Positions 23,286 to 34,501 are shown, counted from the stretch's first letter. The stretch: DNA of 64,000 nucleotides from Alphaproteobacteria bacterium (GCA_964291285.2 OZ219787.1:1376001-1440000); one strand, 5' to 3'. Program-made: numbers and translations. The notes: a model not told the origin generated them from the sequence alone.

Positions 23286-25082
23286 TCAGCCTCTGGGCGC
23301 GATCATAATCGCGTCGAGGGCCTCTTGGGCGCGGGCGGCGTAGTGCCGGTTGGCCTCGGGTACATATCGGAAGCGTCCGTCGCAGCGCACGATAGCGATG
23401 GCCGCGTTGCTCAAGCAGGCCAGATTTCCGGGCAGGTGGCGCACATATGCCCGGCAACGGTCTTCGTCATAGGTGAAGTCACGCACATAGTGCACACGGT
23501 TCTCAATGTGCCAGTGGTTGCGCACCAGATCGAGAAGCTCCTTGGGGCCGGCTCGCTCTGCGCCAAGCGACGTCAGGCTCCAGGTGACCTCGATGCTGCG
23601 CTTGCCGGTTTTGAGCATCTTGCGCTCGCGTTCCATGCGCATTGCCTGGCGGCGCCCGTGAAGGTGGGCGTAGCCGTCCCACTCGGCAGCGCAGAGGTCG
23701 ACGACGGCGCAGCGTCGGCGCTCAATGCGACCATGGCCCTTGTCGACGGTTTCGTGCCAGGGCGCATCGCTGAAGTCGATCGCCTTGAGGTCTTCGAGGA
23801 TGGTCTGCTGGTTGCCCTTCACCGCGCTGACCACGTAGTCGGCACGGCGTTCGAGCAGGCAACGCGCGGTCTCGTGCTGGGCGTGCATCGCATCGATGGT
23901 GACGATCCGGCCTGTGAGGTCGAGACCGCTGGAGAGTTCGCGCACGGCCGGGATTTCGTTGCTTTTGGAGCTGACTTCGACCTGCCCGAGGACCACGCCG
24001 GTGTCATGCGCCACCGCAGCGACCATCCTCCTGCGCCGGTCTTCGCTCTGCTTCGAGGCACCGCGCAAATCCTTTCCGTCCATGGCCACAGGCGCGTGCG
24101 CACTGCTGTGCTGTCCGGCCCACTGGCCGATGGCATTGTCCAGGGTCTGTGGCGGCAGGGCGGCGAGGATGTTGTGGAAGGTGGTGACCGCCGGCGGCGT
24201 GTAGCACTGCCTGGATGGGCTCCAGAAGGCGCCCACCGCCTTGAGTTGCTTCTGGGAGAGCAGGGCGGCGAACTGGGCGAAGGCGTTCACACCCCGGTAT
24301 CCGGCAAGCCGGGCGGCAACGGCCAGCGTCAGAATGGTGGTGAGCGCATAGCGCTTGCCCCGGGCATGGCGGTATTCGGGCACCTCGCCCAAACACTCGA
24401 ACAGGCTGCGCAGCCGGGGCGCCGCCATCGGCTCGGTGTGCTGCTCAGCGTTCCAGTCTGCCGGTATCTCGGGATGGCTCAGCGCCTCGGGGGCGCCGTG
24501 TGTCAGTTCGAACACGAAGACCTCCTTGGGCTGGCCGTGGTGACGCCAGCGCGCCACCCCTCCGGGCTCGCGGGCAAAGCCGCGCGTCAGACCCAAAGAG
24601 CGCCAGTTGGCCGCGCGGTAGCAGGTGCCGGCGAAGCGCGAGACGTCCACAAACGTCTCCGCCACAACAGCCGGATAGCCATGCGCCGCCCGCAGGTCCT
24701 GCGACAGCCGCCGCACGCTCAGCCCCAGCACCCGCGAGGCAAGGTTGGGAACCCGCTCAGGCGTCAGGATGACAAAGCGCGAGTTGTTGGCAACCAGATG
24801 CAGGCGACGGAACTGCTGCTCCGCCGACCACCCGATCCAGCGGTCCCGCGCTCCCACCTTGAACGCTCCAGGCTGCCAGCCAACCAGGGCAAGCCAGGCC
24901 TCGCCATGAACCGCGACATGGCGCAGACCCTTGCCGATGATGCCGTGGAACCGCAGATAGTGGTGCGCCGCTACCAAATCGTCCCAGCGCCGGTGCTCCC
25001 GTGCCCCCCAGGTCGGGCGCACCGTGACCGCGCGAAGATCAACCCAAACACCCGCAAACAGAAACCTCGCCATGACCGGCAC
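23286..25082 (-). CDS. ISAs1 transposase fused to an N-terminal DUF4338 domain
   Basis: HHYL...RDRWIGW...NLASRVL...ETFVD...YRAANW followed by AMDGKDLRG, KSNEIP, TIDAMH, GHGRIERR, RNHWHIEN. Confidence 0.92.
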   Translation of the reverse strand: MPVMARFLFAGVWVDLRAVTVRPTWGAREHRRWDDLVAAHHYLRFHGIIGKGLRHVAVHGEAWLALVGWQPGAFKVGARDRWIGWSAEQQFRRLHLVANNSRFVILTPERVPNLASRVLGLSVRRLSQDLRAAHGYPAVVAETFVDVSRFAGTCYRAANWRSLGLTRGFAREPGGVARWRHHGQPKEVFVFELTHGAPEALSHPEIPADWNAEQHTEPMAAPRLRSLFECLGEVPEYRHARGKRYALTTILTLAVAARLAGYRGVNAFAQFAALLSQKQLKAVGAFWSPSRQCYTPPAVTTFHNILAALPPQTLDNAIGQWAGQHSSAHAPVAMDGKDLRGASKQSEDRRRRMVAAVAHDTGVVLGQVEVSSKSNEIPAVRELSSGLDLTGRIVTIDAMHAQHETARCLLERRADYVVSAVKGNQQTILEDLKAIDFSDAPWHETVDKGHGRIERRRCAVVDLCAAEWDGYAHLHGRRQAMRMERERKMLKTGKRSIEVTWSLTSLGAERAGPKELLDLVRNHWHIENRVHYVRDFTYDEDRCRAYVRHLPGNLACLSNAAIAIVRCDGRFRYVPEANRHYAARAQEALDAIMIAPRG

Positions 25083-25279
25083 ACTGCCATATCAAGAAAA
25101 AAATAGCCACCCCGGACCCCACCTCAACATGGCCCAAAGGCAGACAATTAATTCGCCCTGCCCGGCGCGCCCCGTTTGTTGACAGCCCGGAGCGGTCTGC
25201 CTATCGTCGATCCGGGACCCCGCCGCCGGCGCCCGCCAACGGCCCGCGCCGGCGGCGCCCCTTGTGGAGGCCTGTCCCC

Positions 25280-26182
25280 ATGTCGATGAAGCCGCGCGAC
25301 CGCATCGACTACTCGGCCATAGTCGACCGCGCGCCGCTTGCGCTACCCGACGGCAAGCGGGTGGCGGTCTGGGTCATCGTGAACATCGAGAACTGGGACA
25401 TCGGGAAGCCCATGCCGCGCACGGTGCTTCCTCCCCCCGGGCACCAGGTCCACATCCCCGACATCCCCAACTGGTCCTGGCAGGAATACGGCATGCGGGT
25501 CGGGTTCTGGCGGTTCCATGAGGCGCTGGTCTCGCGCAACATCCCGGTCACCATGTCAGTGAACGGGTCGGTTTGCGTCCAGTATCCCCGCATTGCCGCC
25601 GCTGCGTGCGACGCGGGCTGGGAGTTTCTCGGCCACGCGTACCGGCAGCGTCCGACCCACCTGATAGAGGACCAGCGCGAGGACATCCGGAAAACCATAG
25701 AGACGATCCGGGATTTCACCGGCCGTCCGCCCAGAGGCTGGATGAGCCCCGGCCTCACCGAGACCTTCGAGACCCCTGACTACCTCGCCGAGGCGGGCAT
25801 AGAATATGTCGCGGACTTCCCGATGGACGACCAGCCGTTTGACATCCGGACCGAGCACGGCGTGCTCACATCCATCCCCTATACGGTGGAATTGAACGAT
25901 ATCCCGATGATGTTGATCCAGCACCACAAGGCGGCGGAGTTCTACGACCGTTGCATGGATGCCTTCGAGCGCCTCGAGGGGGAAGGAGAACGGAACGCCC
26001 GCGTGATGGCGATTGCAGTGCATCCCTACATCTCGGGCACGCCGTTCCGCATCAAGTATTTCGAGAAGGTGCTGGACGCAGTCTCCGGCGCCGGCAGCGC
26101 CGTCCTCTGGACGGTAAGCGACATTCTGGACTGGTACCGAGCCGCGGCCGGCAGCGCGTCTGCGGCCGCGGCAGACGATTGA
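25280..26182 (+). CDS. Polysaccharide deacetylase family protein (PuuE/allantoinase-like)
   Basis: NWSWQEYGMRVGFWR, WEFLGH, PRGWMSPG, DDQP, PYTVELND, VHPY. Confidence 0.88.
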   Translation: MSMKPRDRIDYSAIVDRAPLALPDGKRVAVWVIVNIENWDIGKPMPRTVLPPPGHQVHIPDIPNWSWQEYGMRVGFWRFHEALVSRNIPVTMSVNGSVCVQYPRIAAAACDAGWEFLGHAYRQRPTHLIEDQREDIRKTIETIRDFTGRPPRGWMSPGLTETFETPDYLAEAGIEYVADFPMDDQPFDIRTEHGVLTSIPYTVELNDIPMMLIQHHKAAEFYDRCMDAFERLEGEGERNARVMAIAVHPYISGTPFRIKYFEKVLDAVSGAGSAVLWTVSDILDWYRAAAGSASAAAADD

Positions 26183-26267
26183 GCGGGACGAATGGCGGCG
26201 CCGCGCAGCTGGAAGCGAGCCGAACGACCCGCATGACAGTCCGGCGCAATAGCAGGGGAACGCGCTC

Positions 26268-27122
26268 ATGAAACCTGCCCCATTCGCCTATGTCCGGGCA
26301 GAGAGCCTCGGGGACGCCATCGGCTTGCTGGAGGAGCACGGCGACGGCGCCAAGGTCCTCGCGGGCGGCCAGAGCCTGATGGCCACGCTCAACATGCGGC
26401 TGTCCGCGCCCGAACTGCTGGTTGATATCGGCCGCGTGCCGGGCCTTGCCGGGATCGAGGCGTCCGGCAACGGTCTTCGAATCGGCGCCATGACCCGCCA
26501 TGCTGAGGTGGAGGCTTCGGCGCTCATCGCGGCCCGTGCGCCACTCATCGCCAGCGCCATGCCGCATATCGCCCATCCGGCGGTTCGCAATCGCGGCACC
26601 TTCGGCGGCTCCGTCGCGTTCGCCGACCCGGCGGCCGAACTGCCGGCCTGCGCGGTCGCCTTGGGCGCGCGGATGGAGATCGCGGGCAAGAACGGCACCC
26701 GGACCGTGGATGCGGACGAGTTCTTCCAGGGACTCTACGAGACGGCTCTCGATCGGGACGAGATCCTCACCGCGCTCGAGGTTCCCGGGATTGAAGCCGG
26801 CTGGAAGTCGGGCTTCCTGGAGTTCGCGCGGCGCCAGGGCGACTATGCGATGATCGGACTGGCTGCCCATGTCGAGGTCGAGGACGGGATATTCGGCGGC
26901 GGACGCCTCGTGTTTTTCGGCGCCGGCGAGCGGCCCGTCTCCGCGGTTCGGAGCGCGGCGCTGCTGGAAGGCGAGCGGTGGTCGGATGCGCTCGACGCCG
27001 GGATAGCCGAAACGCTGAAGGAAGAACTCGACCCGTTCGAGGACCTGAATGCAGACGCGGCGATGCGCCGCCATCTGGCCGGCGTGCTCGTCAAGCGGAC
27101 TCTGGGCGCGCTCGCGGCCTGA
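26268..27122 (+). CDS. Xanthine dehydrogenase family FAD-binding subunit (CoxM-like)
   Basis: MKPAPFAY, AGGQSL, RNRGTFGGS. Confidence 0.93.
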   Translation: MKPAPFAYVRAESLGDAIGLLEEHGDGAKVLAGGQSLMATLNMRLSAPELLVDIGRVPGLAGIEASGNGLRIGAMTRHAEVEASALIAARAPLIASAMPHIAHPAVRNRGTFGGSVAFADPAAELPACAVALGARMEIAGKNGTRTVDADEFFQGLYETALDRDEILTALEVPGIEAGWKSGFLEFARRQGDYAMIGLAAHVEVEDGIFGGGRLVFFGAGERPVSAVRSAALLEGERWSDALDAGIAETLKEELDPFEDLNADAAMRRHLAGVLVKRTLGALAA

Positions 27123-27134
27123 GGGAGGGACTCG

Positions 27135-27617
27135 ATGGACACCAACGTCGAAGTCAGCGTACGGGTGAACGGGGAACCTGCGATCCGCCGCGTCGAGGCG
27201 CGGATGAACCTGGTGGATTTCCTGCGCGAGGAGCTTGGCCTCACCGGGAGCCATGTCGGCTGCGAGCACGGCGTGTGCGGAGCCTGCACCGTGCGGGTGG
27301 ACGGGCGTATCGTGCGCGGATGCCTCATGCTGGCCGCGCAGGCGGACGGCGCGGATGTGTGGACCATCGAGGGGTTGAGCGACACGGGTGAGATTCGGGG
27401 CCTCCAGGACGCGTTCGTCGAGCGCAACGCGCTCCAGTGCGGATATTGCACGCCGGGCATGCTGCTCACCCTCGCCGAGCTCATGGAACGCAATCCCTCC
27501 GCGAGCCGGCGCGAGATTCGCGAATTCATCTCCGGGAACTACTGCCGGTGTACGGGCTACCAGGCGATCGTGGATGCGTTCGAGATGGCCCGCGCGCGCG
27601 GAGGAGGCTCGTCATGA
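27135..27617 (+). CDS. [2Fe-2S] subunit (CoxS-like)
   Basis: GCEHGVCGAC, QCGYCTPG, CRCTGY. Confidence 0.95.
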   Translation: MDTNVEVSVRVNGEPAIRRVEARMNLVDFLREELGLTGSHVGCEHGVCGACTVRVDGRIVRGCLMLAAQADGADVWTIEGLSDTGEIRGLQDAFVERNALQCGYCTPGMLLTLAELMERNPSASRREIREFISGNYCRCTGYQAIVDAFEMARARGGGSS

Positions 27618-30001
27618 CCGATCTCGCCGCGGATCGCTGGCTCCTCGACCGCCCGAACTCCTATATCGGCCGGTCCGTCCCGCGCCCCAACGCGCCTCGC
27701 TTGGCGAAAGGGCGCGGCACCTTCGTCGATGACATCGAGCTCGGCAAGCGGGCGGGGCATGCGGCGTTCGTCCGCTCTCCCCATGCACATGCCCGGATCC
27801 GGTCGATCGATGCGGAAGCGGCGAAGGCGGTCCCGGGGGTGATTGCGGTCGTGACCGGACCCGAGCTGGCCGAGATTCACGATCCTTGGGTCGGGGTGCT
27901 GACCCACCTCGAGGGCCTCAAGTCCGCGCCGCAATATGCGCTGCCCCTGGAGACGGCGACCTGGCAGGGCGAGGCGGTGGTGGCGGTAGTCGCCGAGAGC
28001 CGCGCCAGGGCGGAGGATGCGGCGGAGCTTGTGGAGATCGAATGGGAAGTGCTGCCCGCCGTCACCGACGCCGAGACCGCGCTCGAACCCGCCACAACCG
28101 TCATCCATGAGAGCCTCGGCGACAACCTCGCCTGGCGACGCAACGCAAACTTCGGTGACGTCGAGGCGGCATATGCGGAAGCCGACCATGTCGTCGAGGA
28201 GACGTACATCTTTGCCCGGCACACCGGGGTGTGCCTTGAGCCGCGGGCCATCCTCGCCGACTGGAATCCCGGCGACGAGCAGCTCACCGTGTGGCACAAC
28301 ACCCAGTGCCCGCACATGATCCAGAACATCCTGGCGACCCACTTCCGCCTGGACGAGCACCGGGTTCGTGTGATCGCACGCGATGTCGGGGGCTCGTTCG
28401 GGATCAAGGTCCACACCTATGCCGACGAAATCGCGACCGTCGGGCTCTCGCTTCTGCTCAAGCGGCCGGTCAAGTTCGTGGCGGACCGGCTGGAGAGCTT
28501 CCTGTCCGACATCCATGCACGCGACCAACGGGTCCGGGGAAAGATCGCGGTCAGGGACGACGGCTCCATTCTCGGCTTCGAGATCGACGCGCTCAGCGGG
28601 ATCGGCCCTTATTCCATGTATCCGCGCACGAGCGGCATCGAGGTGAACCAGGTCGTGAACCTGATGGGCGGCCCTTATGAATTCGAACACTACCGGGCGC
28701 AGGCGACCGTCGTTTTTCAGAACAAGAACATGATGTGCCAGTACCGTGCGGTCGGACACCCAATCAAATGCGCGGTGGCCGAGGGGCTCGTGGATGCGGC
28801 GGCGCGCGCAACCGGCCTCGATCCGGCAGAGCTTCGCCGGAGGAACCTTCGTGCGGACGATTCATATCCGTGCCGGTCGGTGCAAGGGCTGCCGTTCGAG
28901 AACCTCTCCCACCAGGAGAGCCTCGCGAAGCTTCTGGAGGCGATGGACTACGAAGCACTGAAAGCGGAGCGCGACGCCCTGCGCATGCAAGGTATTTATC
29001 GCGGCATCGGCCTCGCGAGCTTCATCGAGGTGACGAACCCCTCCGCCATGTTCTACGGCGTGGGCGGCGCACGCATATCCGCTCAGGACGGGGCGACCTT
29101 GCGCCTCGACGCCAAGGGCAACGTCTTCGTCGCGACGGGAGCGACGGAGCAGGGCCAGGGCATGGAAGCGGTGATCTCGCAGGTCGCGGCGACGGCCGTC
29201 GGCGTTCCTCCCGAACGTCTCAAGATCGTCACCGGCGACACCGAGCACACTCCCTATGGAGGCGGCACATGGGGGTCGCGGGCTGCCGGCATCGGCGGGG
29301 AGGCGGTAGCCCAGGCAGGCCGCGCCCTCCGGAACCGGATTCTCCACGCGGCGGCGGTCATGCTTCAGGATGAGGTGGAAAACCTCGACATCCGGGGCGG
29401 GGTGGTGGTGGACGCGGAGACCGGCACGGAACGCATCGGCCTCGATGAAATCGGGCGCATCTGTTACTACCGGCCCGATACGCTGCCGGACGGTTTCCAG
29501 TCTGAGTTGGTCGTGACCCGGCATTACGTCCCGCGCAAGTACCCCTTTGCGTTCACCAACGGTGCGCAGGCGTCCTATCTTGAGGTGGACGTCGAGACCG
29601 GCTTCATTACCCTGCTTGACCACTGGTGCATCGAAGACTGCGGCACGGTCATCAACCCGTTGCTGGTCGACGAGCAGATCCGGGGCGGCGTCGTGCAGGG
29701 GCTGGGCGCAGCGCTCTGGGAGCAGTGCGTATACGATCGCGACGGTCAGATGCTGAACGCCAACATGGCCGACTATCTGGTGCCGATGGCAGCGGAACTG
29801 CCCGACATGCGATGCGGCCACGCGGTTTCGCCGACCTTCGAAGCCGATCTCGGGGCCAAGGGCGCGGGAGAGGCAGGCACTTGCGGCGCGCCGGCCGCGG
29901 TGATGAACGCTCTCAATGACGCGCTGGCGCCGTTGGGGGCGCGGCTCACCGACATGCCCTTCACCCCGCAGAAGGTGCTGCGCGCGCTCGGTACAATTTG
30001 A
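27614..30001 (+). CDS. Molybdopterin-binding large subunit, xanthine dehydrogenase family
   Basis: RSPHAHA, GGSFGIK, QYRAVGH, GQG, GSR, KGAGEAG. Confidence 0.93.
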   Translation: MTDLAADRWLLDRPNSYIGRSVPRPNAPRLAKGRGTFVDDIELGKRAGHAAFVRSPHAHARIRSIDAEAAKAVPGVIAVVTGPELAEIHDPWVGVLTHLEGLKSAPQYALPLETATWQGEAVVAVVAESRARAEDAAELVEIEWEVLPAVTDAETALEPATTVIHESLGDNLAWRRNANFGDVEAAYAEADHVVEETYIFARHTGVCLEPRAILADWNPGDEQLTVWHNTQCPHMIQNILATHFRLDEHRVRVIARDVGGSFGIKVHTYADEIATVGLSLLLKRPVKFVADRLESFLSDIHARDQRVRGKIAVRDDGSILGFEIDALSGIGPYSMYPRTSGIEVNQVVNLMGGPYEFEHYRAQATVVFQNKNMMCQYRAVGHPIKCAVAEGLVDAAARATGLDPAELRRRNLRADDSYPCRSVQGLPFENLSHQESLAKLLEAMDYEALKAERDALRMQGIYRGIGLASFIEVTNPSAMFYGVGGARISAQDGATLRLDAKGNVFVATGATEQGQGMEAVISQVAATAVGVPPERLKIVTGDTEHTPYGGGTWGSRAAGIGGEAVAQAGRALRNRILHAAAVMLQDEVENLDIRGGVVVDAETGTERIGLDEIGRICYYRPDTLPDGFQSELVVTRHYVPRKYPFAFTNGAQASYLEVDVETGFITLLDHWCIEDCGTVINPLLVDEQIRGGVVQGLGAALWEQCVYDRDGQMLNANMADYLVPMAAELPDMRCGHAVSPTFEADLGAKGAGEAGTCGAPAAVMNALNDALAPLGARLTDMPFTPQKVLRALGTI

Positions 30002-30896
30002 GCCAGGTACGCCGGAGCCAGGCCGCCCACTCGACGAGGTTGCCCGCGTCTCCGAGAATGGCCATCAGGCAGGCGTGCCTCTCGCCGACATTGCGGAAGC
30101 CCCGCTTGCCCGGCTCCTCCTGGAGATTGAGCGCCGGCTGCATGCTGGTCGCACCGCCGTCGACCACCATTTCGCCGCCGGTCATGTAAGAGGCGGCATC
30201 CGATGCAAGAAACAGCACTGCCGCGACGACCTCGTCGATCGTCCCGATACGTCCCATGGGGACCCGGGACACGCGCTCGGCCAACACTGCCGGCTCGGAC
30301 AATGCGCTGCGCAGCATTTCGGTGTCTATCGGGCCGGGAAGCACCGCGTTGCAGCGGATGCCGTCCCCGGCATGCTGCGCTGCCGTCACCTTGGTGAATA
30401 TCCGCACCGCCCCCTTGCTTGCGGCATAGGCGGGTTCCTGATGAGTCGACTGGCCGATGCCGGCCACCGATACGATATTGACGATCGAACCGCCGCCGGA
30501 CGCCCGCATCGCCGGTATCGCATGCTTGGTTCCGAGAAAGACGCCGCGCGCATTCACGGCCTGCACCCGGTCCCATTCCTCCACCGTCCGATGCTCGATG
30601 GCGGCGCGGGCAATAACGATCGCGGCATTGTTCACCAGGATGTCGAGCCGGCCATGCGCATCCATCGCGCAGCCGACTGCGCGGCGCCAGTCGTCCTCCT
30701 GCGTCACATCCAGATGCAGGTATGCCGCAGTCCCGCCCGACGCCTCGATCCCGGCCTGAACGGCCGCGCCTTCCTCCTCGAGGATATCGCCGAAAACGAC
30801 TGCCGCGCCCTCTGCCGCAAAGGCTCGCGCCTCCGCCGCGCCCTGTCCGCGGGCCCCGCCGCTGATCAGAACGACCTTGCCATCGAATCCGCCCAT
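29961..30896 (-). CDS. SDR oxidoreductase; 3' end overlaps the large-subunit gene
   Basis: ISGGARGQG, NNAA, YAASK, YMTGGEMVVDGG. Confidence 0.88.
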   Translation of the reverse strand: MGGFDGKVVLISGGARGQGAAEARAFAAEGAAVVFGDILEEEGAAVQAGIEASGGTAAYLHLDVTQEDDWRRAVGCAMDAHGRLDILVNNAAIVIARAAIEHRTVEEWDRVQAVNARGVFLGTKHAIPAMRASGGGSIVNIVSVAGIGQSTHQEPAYAASKGAVRIFTKVTAAQHAGDGIRCNAVLPGPIDTEMLRSALSEPAVLAERVSRVPMGRIGTIDEVVAAVLFLASDAASYMTGGEMVVDGGATSMQPALNLQEEPGKRGFRNVGERHACLMAILGDAGNLVEWAAWLRRTWLKLYRARAAPSAG

Positions 30897-31303
30897 GCCG
30901 GCTCCTGTTTGCAGCAAATTTGCAGGAGGCGTGAGCCTAGCGCGTCCCTGGCCTCGACGGAATGGCGTATGCCCGCGGCTGGCTCGATCACTGCCAGGCC
31001 TTCCCGGTTGACGGGGGTCCAGATCCGGGTCTGTCCCGCTCTCAAAGCTGTCAGTGGCTCATGCAGCCGGATGCCGGCGGATGAAGGACGATTTGGAGGC
31101 CGTACAGCGCCAGGTCATTTGGGATGTCGCGATCCGGATGTGCCCGGAACCCGCCTCCTCGTTGCCATCCGAAGCTACCTGTTGTCCGGCGCAAGATTTC
31201 CACGCCAACCAGCATCACGGATCATTGAATTTCCGGGATTCCAAGAGCTCGGGCGCATGGCCTGACAACAGGTCCGTGTCGAGACCCTAGCACGCGGCAA
31301 CAG

Positions 31304-32074
31304 GTGTTCCCCTGGGCGCGGTTCCGGTCGACCAAGGCGGCGGTGAAGCTGCATACGCTGCTCGACCTGCAGGGGGCGATCCCGAGTTTTGTCCACATCT
31401 CCGACGGCAAGTTCCATGACGTCAACCTGCTCGACCTTCTGGTCCCCGAACCCGGCGCCATCTACGTCATGGACCGCGCCTATGGAGACTTTCTGCGGTT
31501 CCATCGCCTGCACCGGGCCGGCGCGTTCTTCGTCACCCGGGCGAAGAACAATCTGGATGCCCGCCGGGTGTATTCCTGGCAGCGCGACCCGGCCAACGGC
31601 ATCCTCTCCGACCACATCATCCGGCTCGGCGGCGCCCATAGCAGAAAGCGCTATCCCGAGTTCCTGCGCAGGGTCCGCTTCCGAGACCCGCAGACGGACC
31701 GGGTGCTGGTGTTCCTGACCAATCACATGGACTTCGACGCCCTCACCATCTGCAATCTCTACAAGTCGCGATGGCACATCGAACTGTTCTTCAAATGGAT
31801 CAAGCAACACTTGCGCATCAAACGCTTCTTCGGCACCTCCGAAAACGCCGTCAAAACCCAACTCTGGATCGCCGTGTCCGTCTATGTCCTGATCGCGATC
31901 ATCCGAAAGAAGCTCGAACTCGATACCCAACTCTACAGAATGCTACAGCTCCTCTCCGTCATGCCCTTCGAAAAAATCCCCATAAAACAAGCACTTGGTA
32001 CAACCGTTCCCCAAAACCAAAATCCCGACATCCATAACCAATTGAATCTGTTCAACAATTCAACCGGACACTAG
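31304..32074 (+). pseudogene. IS4-family transposase, 5'-truncated
   Basis: AVKLH, YVMDRAY, YKSRWHIELFFKWIKQHL (YREK motif). Confidence 0.88.
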
Positions 32075-32910
32075 GTCGTGTACCCATAAGGGGTTTCTTC
32101 TTCAGCGAAGCTGTGATTCAAGCTCCCAACTTCAGGGAGCGAGGACATGGGCCGGTACGATCTGACGGACTTCGAATGGCGGGTGATCAAGCCGTTGCTG
32201 CCGAACAAGACCCGTGGGGTGCCGCGGGTTGACGACCGGCGGGTGTTGAACGGCATTCTGTGGGTGCTTCGCGCGGGGGCGCCGTGGCGAGACCTGCCGG
32301 AGCACTACGGGCCTTATACGACCTGCTACAACCGGTTCAACCGCTGGCGCAAGAAGGGCATCTGGGATCAGTTGATGGATGCGGTGGTGGAGGCTCACGA
32401 CGGCAATGTGCAGATGATCGACAGTTCGAGCGTCCGGGTTCACCAGCATGCGGCGGGGTCAAAAAAGGGGGTCCGGATCGTTGCATGGGCCGTTCCCGTG
32501 GCGGACTGACCACGAAGATCCACGCCGTGTCGGACGTGAGCGGCCTGCCGGTCCGCTATGACCTCAGCCCCGGCCAGGCGCACGACACCACGGCCGCCGG
32601 TGCCATGCTGGCGACCCTGCCGCCCGACAGTTTCCTCGTCGCCGACAAGGCCTATGACGCCAAATGGATCCGTGACCTGATCGAGCAACACGATGCCGTC
32701 CCGATCATCCCCGACCGCGAAGGCGCGAAGACCAGGCACGCTTTCTCCAAACCCTTGTATAAATTGCGAAACCGGATCGAACGCGCCTTCAACAAACTCA
32801 AGCAGTTCCGCCGCATCGCCACCCGATACGAAAAGCTCGCGGCCAACTTCCTCGCCATGATCAAGATCGCTACTGTAAGGCTCTGGCTACGCGCTTATGA
32901 GTCCACGGCC
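32074..32910 (+). mobile_element. IS5-family (IS427-like) element; two ORFs joined by frameshift (32147..32913)
   Basis: IRs ggtcgtgtacccataag / cttatgagtccacggcc; TA duplication; slippery A6G4 at 32461-32470. Confidence 0.92.
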
Positions 32911-33199
32911 TAATGATGATATGTCATGTTGTGCCAACTGAGGCTGAATTATCGCATTTTTACAGGGGGTTAGTAATTTTTGAACTAAGGCCGTCTTCAT
33001 AGCGCAAGCGGATTCGCCCAAACCGCAGTCGTTGCCTGTCCGGCCGGCCTGTATCGATTCTGACCGCCCGTAACGGTCATAATGGCCAATTGTCATCTGC
33101 CGTCGCGCATCGTCGCTGATCGATGCGAGATGGCGAAATGCCCTTAGAACTGGCGAGCGTACCACCGGCTGACAGAACATCCCTGCCCGCCGGCTGCAG

Positions 33200-33517
33200 T
33201 CAGGCCACCGCCCCGAGGCCGTTCTTCGCCACCAGCGTCAGCAACTTCAGCGAGGAGCCACGCGGGCGCTTCTCGCCACGCTCCCACTGGCTCACCAGAC
33301 CCGTCGTCACGTTTAGATAGCGCGCGAACACCGCCTGGCTCGCACGTTCACGCAGCCGCAACTCGCGGATTGCCTCCGGCGTCATCTCCTCGACGGGCGT
33401 GAGGCACATCTCGTCGAACTTGCGCATAGTCCGCTTCGACATCACGCCGGCCTCCGCCAGACCAAGCGCCGCCTCGTGCGCCGCCGCCAGCGCTTCACTC
33501 CTGTATTGCTTAGTCAT
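33200..33517 (-). CDS. XRE-HTH antitoxin (HigA-like)
   Basis: SQAVFARYLNV...VSQWERGEKRP. Confidence 0.88.
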   Translation of the reverse strand: MTKQYRSEALAAAHEAALGLAEAGVMSKRTMRKFDEMCLTPVEEMTPEAIRELRLRERASQAVFARYLNVTTGLVSQWERGEKRPRGSSLKLLTLVAKNGLGAVA

Positions 33518-33884
33518 CGCATTTCACCTCGATAATGGCTCCCGTGGCCCGCGCGGTCACAAGGCCCGCCGCGTCCAGCGACAGATACTCATCGGCCAAC
33601 AGCCGGTAGGTTGCCAACTCGTCCCGGCGCAGGTTCTCGCGGCCACTCTTGGCGAACCCATAGACGAAGAACGCCAACTCGCCCCGGCGGAACAGCACGA
33701 TTGTGCGGAACCCGCCGGACCGGCCACCGCCCCTGCGGGCAATGCGCTGCTTGATGACGCCGCCGCCAAGGTCGGCGTCGACCAGCCCCTCTCCGGCGCG
33801 CCGGACGGCCTCGCACAGCACCGTATCCTCCAGCCCTTCGCGGTCGGAGAACCGCGCGAACGCCTTGGTCTTGAACGTCTGCAA
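33510..33884 (-). CDS. RelE/HigB-family toxin
   Basis: DADLGGGVIKQRIAR, GRSGGFR, FFVYGFAK; toxin-first order. Confidence 0.88.
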   Translation of the reverse strand: MQTFKTKAFARFSDREGLEDTVLCEAVRRAGEGLVDADLGGGVIKQRIARRGGGRSGGFRTIVLFRRGELAFFVYGFAKSGRENLRRDELATYRLLADEYLSLDAAGLVTARATGAIIEVKCDD

Positions 33885-34501
33885 CCCGGACCTCGCCAGC
33901 GTCGGCCTTCATGTCTCCTTTGTAATACCAGGTGTGGTGTTTTTCAATCCACCCGCGCGGTCTCCGACCAGCCATCGTAAGCAGCGGTACCACTTGAGCC
34001 GCCCCACCCCCGTAAACCATCGCCGAATCCAGTCCCGCTGAAGCCGGGAACCTCCCCGCGATAAACACGGCAGCTAACTTGCTAAGTTGTACAGTACGTC
34101 CTTGCCGCGACCTCCAAGGGCGCGGTTGGTCGGGTTTACCTCGTACCCCCCGAAACTCGCCAGCAGTCGAACCTCCCGGTCATCGAGCACCCCGGCCCTC
34201 TTCTTCGCGGGCAGTCCGAAGAACCCTCCCCTGACCGCGCCTCCGTCATCCGGGAAAGCCGTTTTCGGCGGCTCCGGCAGCCGACGCTGCGCACATGAAG
34301 ATCCGGGTGGGGCCAGCGACCGAAGCCCGGGTCGGACGAGGCGGCGTTCTGCGCCTTCCGCCGGGCGCCGCCGGGTCCCTGCCTTCGCGTCATGGCCCGT
34401 CTCCCTGTCCTCCGGCCCCGGAAGACCTTCACGGTCTCCGGGGTAGACGGTAGAAGGAGCCATCGATAAGGGTTCCCGTCATTAGGGGAAAGCCGGTCCG
34501 C

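Larger units (their letters stand above)
22671..25160 (-). mobile_element. ISAs1-family element
   Basis: Imperfect IRs cagggaaaatttttagtc / gacaattaattcgccctg (13 of 18); no target duplication. Confidence 0.75.

Noticed and set aside
27614-30001. Calling the cluster aerobic CO dehydrogenase (coxMSL)
   Set aside because: Lacks the AYxCSFR motif and cox accessory genes
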